Shown here: positions 1 through 12,363 of the stretch, in pieces
How the letters are laid out: each line of letters begins with the position of its first letter
How positions within the stretch are numbered: the stretch's first letter is position 1
From: Oculina patagonica
Lineage: Eukaryota
Direction: 5' to 3'
Length of the DNA: 64,000 bases
Assembly: GCF_052425735.1 (NCBI RefSeq)
Contig: NC_135769.1
Span: forward strand, 24,180,001 to 24,244,000
Position numbers and translations under genes: made by a program
Notes under the pieces: model-generated
Database searches by the model: none
What the model saw: the letters and a program-made list of their open reading frames with translations, nothing else
What the model was told of the DNA's origin: nothing

Positions 1-507
1 ATCGAATATTTTAAGTAAAGACCAAAGGATTCGCAAATACTTGAACCGTAGCTGATAATAGCTTTCAAAAATTACGTGACTCAAGGTCTAGCCGATCGAA
101 AGTGAAACTTGTGACGTCAGCACATTCTTTTACACCAACGTAATTATATTTATTCACAGATTTTTGCCCGCTGAATTATATTTCTCTTTAAAAGCGTGGA
201 AATTTAGTATTTTCCACGAGTCAAACGCTTCAAAATTGTATATTTCACACTAAACATTTTTTGTAAAGACAAAAAATAAGAAAATTTCTCCATTTGTTAC
301 TGATTTGTAACTTCTAAACATCGCGTGACATTAAGCATGACCGAGTGGAGGTTTGGGACAGGTCACCAACAAAACGAAAAATAATAATAACAAGAAGCTC
401 TTAGAGCTTAAAACTGCGCTGGTCACGTGACCACCCTAAGGGAGCCATGGCGGGGGAGTGAAAAAAAGATAACTAAAAAATATTGAACAACTTGAAGTGA
501 AATGGGG

Positions 508-521
<14 letters not shown>

Positions 522-557
<36 letters not shown>
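522..557. repeat. (AAAT)n microsatellite
   Basis: Directly visible tandem AAAT units. Confidence 0.95.
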
Positions 558-559
<2 letters not shown>

Positions 560-911
560 CCACATCCTGACAGTGGAAAAAAGCCTTTGCCATAAAAGTT
601 GACCCCCCCTTACCCTAACCCGCCTCAAACAAATTATGGTCGCCCTAAAAAAAACACCCGCTTTCGAAACAAACCCCGAATGTTGATTTCATTACGTCTG
701 GCGTCTGGCTTCACGCCAGGAACGTAAGTATCCGTGAGAATTTCGATAGTATTCTCTCTTTGCACCGAATAATCTCGTTCCCAGATCTCGTGGGCGAAGC
801 AGAAGGCGAGATCTTGTCAAATCCGATTTGCACCACGTGATTGCCTGTCAGGAATGTGGCAGGCGAGTCAATTGCGCATGCCCTAGACAATTCTAAGAAA
901 ATGGCAATCAA

Positions 912-995
912 CATTCTCGTCCCCAGAGGCCGCGATCCTTCTGGTCAGCACCCGGGTGCTGACCAGAAGGATCGCGGCCTCTGGGGACGAGAATG
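912..995. mobile_element. 84-bp perfectly palindromic MITE
   Basis: CATTCTCGTCCCCAGAGG...CCTCTGGGGACGAGAATG is a perfect inverted repeat. 9-bp TSD GGCAATCAA at 903-911 and 996-1004. Confidence 0.9.
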
Positions 996-3555
996 GGCAA
1001 TCAAATGAATATCCAATCCTCAACCAAATGAATAACGAATGCTTTACCATTCTCGTCTTTCCAGGAATAATATCTAGCAGAGTATTTTACTAAAGAATTA
1101 AGCAGAAGGCAATCATGAAAGCTTTAGGTCGGGTAAAAATATTTATTTGATTTAAAAAAATTGTTCATTTGGCGGCGAGACATGTCTAGATTTTATGCAA
1201 ATTAGATCCGGTCACGTAATCAAACATAAATATTCTTACGGCGGATTCTCTGTTTTTAAACATCGTTATTCGTCAGAAATAGCTTTATAATGCTACAAAC
1301 AACTAAAACGAAATCTTCTTGTCTTTTGAGGCCGACTGTAAACAACGAAACGTCTCAAAAACGAATATATTATGATTGCGTGCATGATCTATAATTTGCA
1401 TAAAAAACAGACATTGAATTCTCTTGGGGCCGCATCGCACGTTCAAATTTTAGCGCTGTGACAGCCATGCTTTGAAACAGCCAATCAAAAAAATTGAATT
1501 TTCTTACTTGGCCAGATCTCGCCTTCCGGCTTGTTGCCCCTCTTTCTGTATTACAATAGGCGGTTGTTAAAATGTAGCGAGTGACAAACATGATGATAAA
1601 AAAAGACACCTTGTGTGACATTTCATGGTTGACTAGTTCCAGACGCCATTAATTATTTTTCTTTTATGCAAATGCTGGCCGAATTCCCACGCGTGGACGC
1701 TGAAGCCGTTTTTAGCACAGAGGGTATTCCCCTAGCCTACCAAATGACGTAAGCGGTACAAGTCAGGGCATGTTTGTGAAGGGAATTTTTCTTCATATCT
1801 TTAAAATCCTTTCAATAACATAAAATAGGGAAATACTTTGCAATAAATTTGTTTAGTAAAGACCAAAGGATTCGAAAAGATTTGAAAGGTAGCTGATTAA
1901 TAGCTTTGAAAAATTACGTGACTCGAGGTCTAGCCGATCGAAAGTGAAACTTGTCATGTCAGCACATTCTTTTCCACCAACGTAATGGTATCTATTCACA
2001 GATTCTGGCCCGCTGAATTACATTTCTCTTTGAAAGCGTGGAAATTTAGTATTTTTCATGAGTCAAAGGCTTCAAATTCGAATATTTCACACAAAACATT
2101 CTTTGTAAAGACAAAGAATAACCATTTGTTTCCATTTGTTACTGATTTATAGCTTCTAAACATCGCGTGACATAACCTCGACCGAGTGGAGGTCTGCGTC
2201 TGGTCACCGACAAAACTAAAAAAAATAAACCCCGTGCAGAGCAAGAACTGCGCAGCGCAGTTAATAATAATAATAATAATAAACCCCGTGCAGAGCAAGA
2301 ACTGCACAGCGCAGTTGAAAAGGAGAGTGACTTGACCTTTATCTTCCAGGCCCACAGCAAGCAAGGAGAGGAGTACAGAAGCTTCACTCCCCCTCCCAAA
2401 AAACCTTTTAAATGCAGTTAAATGCAAGTTAACAGAGTTAACAACAATGTAATTTAACAGAGTTAACAACAAAGAGCGACAGTGTTCCCTCGTGGTCAAC
2501 GGGCTCCATGTGCTCCGGATTTCAGGCGTGTGTTTTTTAGTGTTGGCCAGACCAGTGGAGCGTTTGCCCGGAGTTTAGCATTTAGTCTGTTCAACCCCTT
2601 CCCTCCTTCCCTTTCCACTGTTTAATCAGTGTGACGGGTGCCTGTCCTCCTTCTTTCTGCATGGGGGCTCATGGCTGGGTTGCCAGGATTTCCCAGCCAT
2701 GGGAGCAGTCTCCATCTAGGAGCTGGCTGCCAACTGTGGAAACTCCTGTTTGTCCCAGCTGCAGGGCACCCAACCTATATTTAGCGATGCAGTTGTTAAC
2801 TTGAATTAATTGCTACTAAAGTTAAATATTTTTTTTCGAAAATGGACAGCAATCAATAATAGCTGTAGGCTCGATTTTTGCCTCTCTCTAGCAGCTGGTA
2901 ATCAAGCCTATGGTATCTGCAGTTTCAAAATACTGTCAATCATATTTAACTGTGAACTTTTTTTTTTAAGCAATGGCATCATAATGACATCCGGCCAATG
3001 GACCGGATCTTTTAGTCTGTTGCACACAATTGTCCGATCAATAGAACTGAATAGGACTGTGAACTAACTACAGGAATGAATGTCACGTTTAAAAGTTTAA
3101 ATCAACAAGAAATCCCTGCACAGAAAACAAAGCAAAATACTCCCTTGCAGTTAGAAAGGACTACTCGATCGGGTAGTGTAAACAATATTGCAAGACAGTG
3201 TTTGACCTTCCTATAAATCCTCCTATAAATGTCACGCTACAAGGTAATGCAAGTTCTTTTGTTGAACAATCATTCAACACAGAAGATTTCAGCTACATTT
3301 ATTTCCGTTAATTCCCGAAAATTATTTAAGACCCCCTTGTGAAACTTTATTGCTTCTGCACGGTTTGTGTGCTGTTTATTTACAATTTAGAACTGCATGA
3401 GCAATGAACAAAAACAACCAAAAGCTTCAAAAAATATGCTTATTAGTAACAAAGAAGACAGAGCCAAAATAGATCGAAATGCATCATTGACAATCTCTGA
3501 ACTTGATCTTTTGACCTTTTTTGGGTTCCTGAGTAAAACTTCAGTTTTCTAAGAT

Positions 3556-6500
3556 CAGGGGCGGATCCAGGGGGGGTGGATTGGGTGGCTAGCCACCCCC
3601 CTTGATCCACCAGAAAAATAAAAATAAACATATTAAAATAGAAAATAAGGACAATGTCCATCCACCTTTCATAGTCAGGCGGCCGTTCAAAGTTAAGGAA
3701 GGCCATTTTTCCAAAATAGGAGATTTTCAAAAGGCCTGTTTTATGAACTTCTGGCTTAATGTAACAAAACATGTGTGTATAATTTTAAAAAAATTAGATT
3801 CCTTTTAACTTTCAAGAGTTGTTTTAGCCTTGCTGGAATGATTTTTTTCTCCATTTACATCTTTTTTAGCGAGTTTTCGTACCGTTTTTCGCATTGAAGC
3901 GATTTCAAAAGCAAGCAAGTTGTTCCCAGGCCAGTTTCTTAGTTCCTTGCCCCCTGGTGGGGGATAGGGCCGGACATCAATGCTCGCCATCTGTCCCTAT
4001 TCTTGGCCACAGCTGCTGCTGCAGCCCACGATGTTAGTCCCAGCTCAGCGCGTTCCTTCTCCACCGTTCTCCGCCATGTTTCCCTTGGCCGTCCTCTGCT
4101 TCTTTTCCCGCTTGGTGCCCAGGATAATGCCACGTGTGGGTTTCGGTTTGGTGCCATACGCAGAACATGACCTATCCACTTCCATCGCCTTCGTCGTACT
4201 TGTGAACTGATCTTTTCGATTCCTGCTCTTCTCCGAATTTCATCATTAGACACACACATGGGCGAATGGACTTTCAAGATTCTCCTTAGGCATTTGTGAA
4301 GGAAGGTGTCAAGCCTTTTTTCGTCCGCTTTTGTCATTCTCCAAGTCTCGCATCCATATAACAGGACAGAAATGATGTTTGACTTGAAGATCCTCATCTT
4401 AGTTTCTCGGCGGAATTCACCTGTTCTCCACACCTTTGAAAGTCGATGAAAAACACTTCTAGCTTTACCTAACCTACTCCGAATGTCCTGTTCGGCACCA
4501 CCCAAGTTGTTAACAGTGGCCCCTAGATAGACAAAGCTGTCTGTATCCTCTACATCAGTGCCGTTTATCTTCATAGGATCTTGTCTTCTTGCATTGAGTC
4601 TGAGCACCTTCGTTTTATCGATGTTTATCTTCAAACCCGTACCTTCACTGTTGCTCCCCAGTCTTTCTAACTTCGTTTGTGCTTGCGCCCATGTGCTGGA
4701 AATGAGCGCAATGTCATCGGCATAGTCTAAGTCTTCAAGCTGTCTCATCATCTTCCATCGAATCCCCGTATTACCTTGCTCTGTAATCCTACACATAATC
4801 CAATCTATTACCAACAGGAAGAGAAACCCTGACATTACACAACCTTGTTTTACACCTGCTTTCACGGTAAACCAATCCGATTTGCCTGCTCCATCGATCA
4901 CTGCACACTTGGTGTTGCTGTAAAACAGTTTGACCATTCTAATGAACTTTGATGGTATTCCATAAGACTGCATTATCCTCCACAGTGTTTCGCGGTGGAC
5001 ACTATCAAATGCTTTCTCATAGTCTACAAAACAGGTATACAGACTTGCATTCCATTCCAGCGATTGTTCGATGACATTTCGAAGCACAAAGATGTGTTCA
5101 GTCGTGCTTCGCCCCCTTCTGCAACCTGCCTGTTCTTCCCTTAACATCCCATCCACTGCATCGTGCAGTCTAGTAATAATTACTCTTCCCATAACTTTCG
5201 CTGGTACAGATAACAACGTTATTCCACGCCAGTTACCACAGTCAGTAAGATTCCCCTTTTTGGGAAGCTTAACGATCAGACCACAATTCCAGTCCTCCGG
5301 GATTTCCTCTGTCTCCCACACCGTGCGAAATAGGTCTTCTAGCACGCACGCAGTTGTCTCTATGTCAGCCTTCAATAGCTCTGCTGTGATTGAATCCATT
5401 CCAGCTGCTTTGCCATTCTTCATATTCTTCAGAGCCTGCTTTATTTCCTGTCGGGTGATACATTCGTCGCTAACATCTATTTCGTTTGGCTGTCTATCAT
5501 CAACAACTGCGGGGGCCACTGGATCAGGCCGGTTCAGGACACTGTCGAAATGTTCTTGCCACCTATGTCTGATCTCCTCTTCTGTTGTTAATAGCTTTCC
5601 ATCCTGGTCTTTCACCATGTTCATTCTTCGTGGCCGGTCGTTGCATAACGTCTTCGTTACCTCATACACCTCTTTGAGGTTGCCATACCTTGCAGCCTCC
5701 TCGGCTTCCCTTGCAAGCGCATTTGCCCATTCCCTCTTGTCCGTTCTCAAACTTCTCTTTACTTCCTTGTTCTTGTCGTTGTATTCTATTCTCCTTCTAT
5801 CTCTTATCCTTTCTGATCTTGTCTCCTCCATCTTCTTCTTCAATTTCTTTCTTTCGTCAATTTTTCTCCAACTTGTTGCACTTATCCAAGTTTTGCTCTT
5901 CCTTTGTCTATGACCAAGATTTTGCTGTTTCGCTGTAGGCCTTCTTGATGTTCGACCATTTCTCCTCGACGCTTTCGGCATTCTGGGTGTCATCTTCTCC
6001 TGTTTCATCTGACTCAGTTCCTGCCAAGCAGCTAAATCTGTTCTTAAGCTCTAAGACAAACCTTTGTTTGATCTCAGGCACCTTTAACTTGCTCAGCTCA
6101 TATTTCCGTGCAGTCAGTTCACCTTGCTTTCTAACCACCCCACTTAGCTTTAATCGAATATTTCCAACAACCAAGTTGTGATCACTTCCTACATCGGCTC
6201 CTCTGAAAGCCCTGACGTCCTGTATTGATCTCTTAAATATTCCATTAACGGCTATATGGTCGATTTGATTCCTTGTTCTTCCATCTGGAGAGGTCCAAGT
6301 GTACTTATGGCCTTCCCAGGCCAGTTTGCCAAGGGCTAAAAATTTTCACGCATGTGGGTGAGCAAAAAAACGCATATCTGTTCTTTCCTGTAAGTTCCTG
6401 GCTTGTCAACTTTAAATTTTAATCACTGTTCATTTCATAAAGAGTAGACGTTTTCTCCGAAATATAACTCAAGGTAAGTTGAAGAAAGAATATTTTGCCA

Positions 6501-6830
6501 AATTATCAAGGAAAAACAGTGTTTAAAAATAACTTAATTGACAGCTGTATAAAGCTGCTCATAATCGCGGAAATCACGTCTAAGAGGCTTCAACTTTTCA
6601 AAATTTTCTGAGGGGGGCATGCCCCCAGACCCCCCTAGGGGGAAGGAGCCTTTGGCTTCACTAAATATGGGCCACAGACCCAAAATGATTTGCACTCCAC
6701 TTTAAAAAAACTGCCTAAAAGCCCGAACCCCCGCCCCCCAGCATAAAAAGCAAACCGGGGCTTGAACAATATACAGTAAACAAAAATATTGGTAAACAGC
6801 CCCCTTTGAGAAATCCTGGATCCGCCCCTG
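3556..6830. mobile_element. Non-autonomous TIR element hosting the RTE insertion
   Basis: 16-bp TIR CAGGGGCGGATCCAGG / CCTGGATCCGCCCCTG, flanked on both sides by AAGAT. Confidence 0.7.
3938..6312 (-). mobile_element. 5'-truncated RTE-clade LINE (C-terminal part of APE + reverse transcriptase), one frameshift
   Basis: RT motifs KGNLTDCGNWRGITLL, FVDYEKAFDSV, GVKQGC, YADD and an RTE-type C-terminus (LLYGCETW, GKRSRGRPRETW). The APE end (IDH, SDH) lies at 6170-6310. Frameshift near 5920. 15-bp TSD TTCCCAGGCCAGTTT at 3923-3937 and 6313-6327. Confidence 0.93.
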
Positions 6831-6948
6831 AAGATTTTACTGAAAGTCATATGATGTCAGGGCTTGACAAGCAGCTCTCAAGTTTTGCTTACCCTGGGTA
6901 GTTGCATGCTTGTCTTTTTTTTATGATTTAACCAGCATATGACTTCCT

Positions 6949-7608
6949 CATCCTTGGAGACCCAGGGGGAGTTAGCCAGGAAGAAACAAAGTAAACTTGG
7001 CAAAAGTTGGAGCAGGGAAAGTTTTCAAGAAGGCCTGATTCTGAATGAGCCCCTGGGAAACGCATCTCTCCAGACAATTATTATGCCCAATCAGCAAACA
7101 GTGACTTTAGAGTCACTTTTGCATACATGTTCGTACACAGTGGTTATTTGATCAGCTATACTTTTGCCACCAGAGAGAGCCAAAAAATGTCAGAATTCAT
7201 TTTAGGCATAGTAAAGTCTGCTGACAACCACCAGTGCTTCCCAGTGATAAACAAGCCACTATTTATGATACCTCTGATCGATCCAAACAAAAACTTTCCC
7301 TGTTAATCTTGATATATCTTTCTTCCTGACATCCAAAATGATTTCCTGACTTTTTCTGGCCCTCTGATGTAAATTAAAATGAAAATATGGCCAATACAAC
7401 AACCACTATGTAAGAACACACAAAAATAACCATAAAGTTGCTGTTTGCCAATTTGGCAGAATAATACAAAGAATTTTTTCTGCTCAATCAGGAAATGGTC
7501 TGGAGATCTTTGTTTCCCAGGGGCTCCTTCTTGAACTTTCATCGCATCAAGTTATGCCAGGTTTACATCATTTCGCCCCGACTAACTGCCTCTGGTTCTC
7601 TGAGGATG
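6949..7608. mobile_element. MITE, CATCCT...AGGATG family
   Basis: Degenerate TIRs and near-identical flanks ATGACTTCCT / ATGACTTGCT. Same termini as 22266-23258. Confidence 0.65.
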
Positions 7609-8323
7609 ATGACTTGCTGAGTACTTGCTAATTGGGCAAGTGCAAATGAGAAAGTTAATTGCCAAAAGAAAAATCTACTTGCCCCAGACAACTGGACAGC
7701 AGTTTTTCAAGCCGTAAATGTTCTTTTCAAACATGGGCTAAATTGCAGAATACCCCGCAAATGAGATTCATCTTAAACAAGTTTTGGTTTGTGGCTCGAT
7801 TTGGTTCGATAAGACACATCATGAACATAAACTGTTACTATGGTTGTACATTTCAAAACAATCTAAGTTAGATGACCAGAAAGTTCTTTTAATAAAAACA
7901 TCCATCACGCCATCTTAGCTCTAAGTTTGTCAACACTACAGCTGCTATTTCTGTCCGGTTATTTTGTCGCTTTAGTATAAAGCCTTTTGGGAATTTTCAA
8001 AGCAAATGCAAAGGTTTCCACCTTGGATCAATCAAACGGGATTGATCGAGAAAGATGATGTTATAAATCAGTGATTTGCCACTGTCTCGATATCAGTGCT
8101 ACCGAAAATCGACATAATTGAGCTTAAAAAATAAGAAACAGTCTGTCTTACCTCAACACCGTCAAAACTGGCAAAATTAGTCCAATTTCGTGCCTTTTAA
8201 TCCTGGGATTTCGTTCTTAGCGTGTTTCTCTTCGCAAAGGCGGAAGGATGCTATCCCATGAGCATTGGCGCCACTGCCGGCAATCAGGCGGGAAAAAGCC
8301 AGGTAGCTACGTCATAATGTACC

Positions 8324-8492
8324 TAGACTACGAGCAGTCCCTATTTTTTCGCAGAGTCCGTCGAGCTTGAAGCGAATTTTTTTTCGAAGAGTTCGTCGAG
8401 CTTATAGCGAAAAAAATTACGCGTGGGGGGAGGATTTTTTTCGCTTCAAGCTCGACGGACTCTGCGAAAAAATAGGGACTGCTCGTAGTCTA
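8324..8492. mobile_element. MITE with TAG termini and 9-bp TSD (AcademH-like by inference)
   Basis: About 50-bp TIR TAGACTACGAGCAGTCCCTATTTTTTCGCAGAGTCCGTCGAGCTTGAAGCGA. TSD TAATGTACC at 8315-8323 and 8493-8501. Confidence 0.85.
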
Positions 8493-9676
8493 TAATGTAC
8501 CCTAATAATGTTGTTGTAGTGTTCTTCATTTGCTTGATTGATTTTACGTTCTTTGCCTGCTTCCTTACCTGTTTTGCTTTCCTTACTCTAGTTCCTTTAC
8601 TTGACTTGTCTGAGATCCTTTGCTTACTTGTGGTCCTTGGCTAACTTGAGGTACTTGACTTACTTGAGTTGCTTGCTTTGCTAACTTGAGATACTTTACT
8701 CACTTGAGATACTTGCCTTACTTGAGATACTTTACCTACCGTGAGATGAACATTCCAACTGGACTGTGGACTCTATTACTATTAAGGATGCATGATCCAT
8801 AAACAAAAGGCCTCTTTTGCCTCCGTGAATCGTGAAATGGCTATTTTTTTGTACGTGTGGTAAATTGCGTGACCAACCTCGTCCCAAGGCGCTTTTCCCT
8901 TCAGAGCGGGAGTGGCGGGAAAAGCAGTGCGTGACCGTGACTGATTGTCCTTCTGAGCCCCGCCCCAGGTCACTCTACTCCAATAGGTAAAGTAACACAT
9001 TTATCTTGATTTCGAGAAATGACTATTTTATTTCGCATGAAACATAAATTGGCCATTTTATTTTACTTAAATCGTGATTTGACCGCCCCCTCCCCCCCCC
9101 CCTCGCCCTTTTCTTTACCACCCTCGATACAAAACAAAATTTTCCGATTAATTTTTTCAATCACGCATTCCTTTAACAATCTACTGGTAAACGACTTTTA
9201 GCGATGACGTCATGACGATATCGCTTATCTTGGTTTTGACAGGAGCCATAATCGGTTATGGCTAATAATTGTATTTTGCATGAAACGTGTAATGGGCATT
9301 TTATTTTTCTTGAATCGTGATCTGGATCCCCCTCTTTTAATCACCCTCAATACTTGTAAAAATTTTCGATTACTTATTTAATTATTTTAATCACCCAAAA
9401 AAGCTAAGAAGGGTTTCTTGTCTGCTTTACTCGATCGCAGTTCACTCGCCACTCCCACTCTGGCTCCCAAAAAGTCGTCGAGTGGAGCGAGCCGGAAAAA
9501 ACCAGCGTTCAATATCCCAGGAAGTAGCGGCCTGTTTGCAGGTTAGGTCCCAGCTTGAGGTCAGGTGTCAATGGTTGTTACCAGTAATCAGATGCGTAAA
9601 TTTTCTATCAATGACAGCACTAACATAACAGTCACACCGAGAAAACATCAGTGCACAACAGAGGCCATTCCAACGG

Positions 9677-9730
9677 TGCAGTGCAGTGCAGTGCAGTGCG
9701 GTGCGGTGCGGTGCGGTGCGGTGCGGTGCA
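9677..9730. repeat. (GTGCA)n(GTGCG)n pentanucleotide microsatellite
   Basis: Directly visible. Confidence 0.9.
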
Positions 9731-9879
9731 TTAGCACTAACTTACCGAACACGATATCAAACTTCACACTATGTAACACGTGCCCAAATTTCAAGCACAA
9801 AAAAATAACGAGGCAAGGCGGAGCATTCTCACCATTTTATACATTTTTGTTTCAAGGAAGACGAAGATAAGGCTGTTTA

Positions 9880-10318
9880 GGCTCATGTATGGTTGCGAAA
9901 CATGAAAAAAGGAACGATGATGCTAAGAAAATCGATGTGTTTCAAAACCGATGCCTGAGGAGGACAATGAAGATTAAATGGCAAGATAAGATTAGTAATA
10001 GAGAGCTACTGGAAAGGGCTAACGTGGAGAGGTTGAGTGAAGAGGTAGGAACACGGAGATGGCGATTCATTGGACACATCCTCAGACAACAACCTGACAA
10101 TGACTGTGTTACAGCCCTGACATGGACCACAGAGGGAAGGAGAAAGAGAGGCAGGCCAAAAACAACCTGGCGGCGCACAGTAGAAAAGGAGAGGTCCAAA
10201 AGGGGGGTGGCAGCCCTGGAGAGAGGTGTGCACGGCAGCGCGACAGGAATCGGATGGATAGAACATGTGGAGGCCCTATGCGCCAACTTGGCGCCAGGGG
10301 ACAGGTGAGGTGAGGTGA
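9880..10318 (+). mobile_element. 3' fragment of an RTE LINE
   Basis: Translation IDVFQNRCLRR..WRFIGHILR..GRRKRGRPKTTWRRTVEKE is homologous to the C-terminus of the RTE at 3939. It ends in a (GGTGA)n tail. Confidence 0.85.
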
Positions 10319-11163
10319 AATATTTTTTTTTGGAGTGAACTGCAGGTCACCTGAGATATCAAATTTCTTGTGAGTGTGTGTACACTTGTTTAAGGTGGGG
10401 TTTTACCACAATACAAATGAAATTGTAAGAGTTTAAAAGAAGGGATTAAAAAAAAAAAAAAATTGAAACACCACCAGACAGTTGACCCCCACGAAAGAGC
10501 ACTCCAGGTTGTCAGGGGGACTGTCTGGTGTCCGTCTACCATTATTATTTCTCTAACTTTTACTAATCCTTTGAGATAAACTGTCTCCTCCCAAAAATTC
10601 ACAAAACACCGCAAAACAGATAAATGGGATGAGTGGAGCATTTTCGGATTACTTAAAACGCGAGCAAGATATTTCCGTTAAACTCATATTAAGCGTTGGA
10701 AAAACGGCCTTCAGGTAAAACCCCGCCTTAATGTTAACTAACAAACTGTGCTGGGATGTTTGTTGGAAAATGCAAGGTGGGGCTCAAATTCGCTGACATT
10801 AACTACGGTTGCAGACATACAGTGGTGAAGCCGTTTGTTTTAAAACTGTTATTTATTTTAAAACTATGCTTATAACTATGTATATATAAAAAAATATCAG
10901 AAATATAAAGTTCCACATTAAACCAAAAATGCACAGTTGAATCGCTATTATTCACACTAAAAACACTATTTTTTCATTAGTCTGGAATGAAGGCACGCTC
11001 TAGATCTAAGTACCAATACAATTGGTGAAGCTTTGAAAACAAATTACATTTGTTGTGCAGTAATAAGCACAGTATTGTAGTAACATAATTAGTTCAAAAA
11101 TATTGAATGCAGTGTCGCATTACTAGTTATACTAGAATACGGGCATGCAGTGCCGTATAAGTA

Positions 11164-11299
11164 CAGTATGGGGCCCAGTTCTCGGCCGGGTCTAGTTCTC
11201 GGCCACTTTGTGTTCAACGCGTTTTTAAGTTATTGCGGTTCTTCTTAGGTAAGAAATACAAGTTAACGCCAAAAGTGGCCGAGAACTGACCCCATACTG
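11164..11299. mobile_element. Small TA-flanked MITE
   Basis: TIR CAGTATGGGG..CAGTTCTCGGCC / GGCCGAGAACTGACCCCATACTG, with TA on both sides. Confidence 0.7.
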
Positions 11300-11993
11300 T
11301 ACTTAATAGATGTTAAACACAAAACTACTAATTTCAAAATGCTTAAAAAATACACGTCTGTCGAAATTATCAAAATGACAAATCTTAATATATGTATATA
11401 TATAAAAAATATCAGCAATTTTAAGTTCCACATCCAACCAAAATATATAGTTGAATCGTTAGTTCTCATATTAGACATAAATAAATTTAAAGTTAATCAA
11501 AATCCCTATCTATATAAGTTTTTAGCTAATTTTAATTACAAGTTTTTAAGACGTACTATATTTTCTTCTTTATAAGATACCAAGTCTTAGCGTCTCCAAA
11601 ATGGAGTTTATATGACCCTCAAACATTAACTAGAGCTGTTCGTATGAGGATATATATGTCAAAAACAAGAAACGAAAACTATTGCCACATAAGCGCGGGG
11701 CGTGAAAAACCGCAGTAGTCAAATAAACACCACCTGGCCAAATTTGGCCTTCAAAGACAAGAAAGATGTTATAGCTAGTGTCAGGCACCTTGATCTCTTT
11801 GACTCTTACAAGTCATCTCAAAACAGATTCTTTTTTCTCGTTTTTTTTGTCAGTGTCCATTACGTGGCGCGTAATTTATCCGCTCGTCCCAGCTCGCATG
11901 GAACGTACTAAGAACAATTTGAAGAAAGTGTAAGAACTTCGCCGCTCCTTTACAAGTCAAATATTATTGTTCATTATTATATGGCAAAAGCCA

Positions 11994-12363
11994 GTCTTAG
12001 GCAAATCCGAGCGTTCTGATTGGTTGTTTCTTGGTCGGGATTTTGCCATACGGACCGTTTCCATGAAAACGGTCCAAGTCGTATTTTTCGAAAGCCGGCA
12101 AATTCAAAATTTTCAAAACCAAATTCACTAAAATTTTCAAATTTTTAAACCTGCGAAAAGAAAACGTGTACTCTCATTCTTCGCCGTCTTAGGCAAATCC
12201 GAGTGTTCTGATTGGTTGTTTCTTGGTCGGGATTTTGCCATAACGGTCCAAGTCGTGTATTTTTCGAAAGCCGGCAAAATTTAAAATTTTTTAAAAACAA
12301 ATTCACTAAAATTATCAAATTTTTAAACCTGCGAAAAGAAAACGTGTACTCTCATTCTTCGCA
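11994..12363 (+). repeat. About 190-bp tandem duplication
   Basis: GTCTTAGGCAAATCCGAG...CTCATTCTTCGC occurs twice in tandem. Confidence 0.85.

Larger units (their letters stand above)
391..2262 (-). mobile_element. Non-autonomous Helentron-type element (HINE), inserted into a related copy
   Basis: On the minus strand, the 5' end is TT-AACTGCGC-T-GCGCAGTT (hairpin, 2246-2262). The 3' end has a subterminal IR (412-419), a hairpin AAGCTC-TAA-GAGCTT (395-409) and CTTGTT. Positions 1-380 are a diverged copy of about 1845-2225. Confidence 0.65.

Noticed and set aside
5071-5913. 280-aa + strand ORF
   Set aside because: It is the antisense shadow of the RTE reverse transcriptase ORF.
5920-6008. N-terminus of the 689-aa RTE ORF
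   Set aside because: Wrong frame. The true upstream sequence is in the 5908-6174 ORF, across a frameshift.
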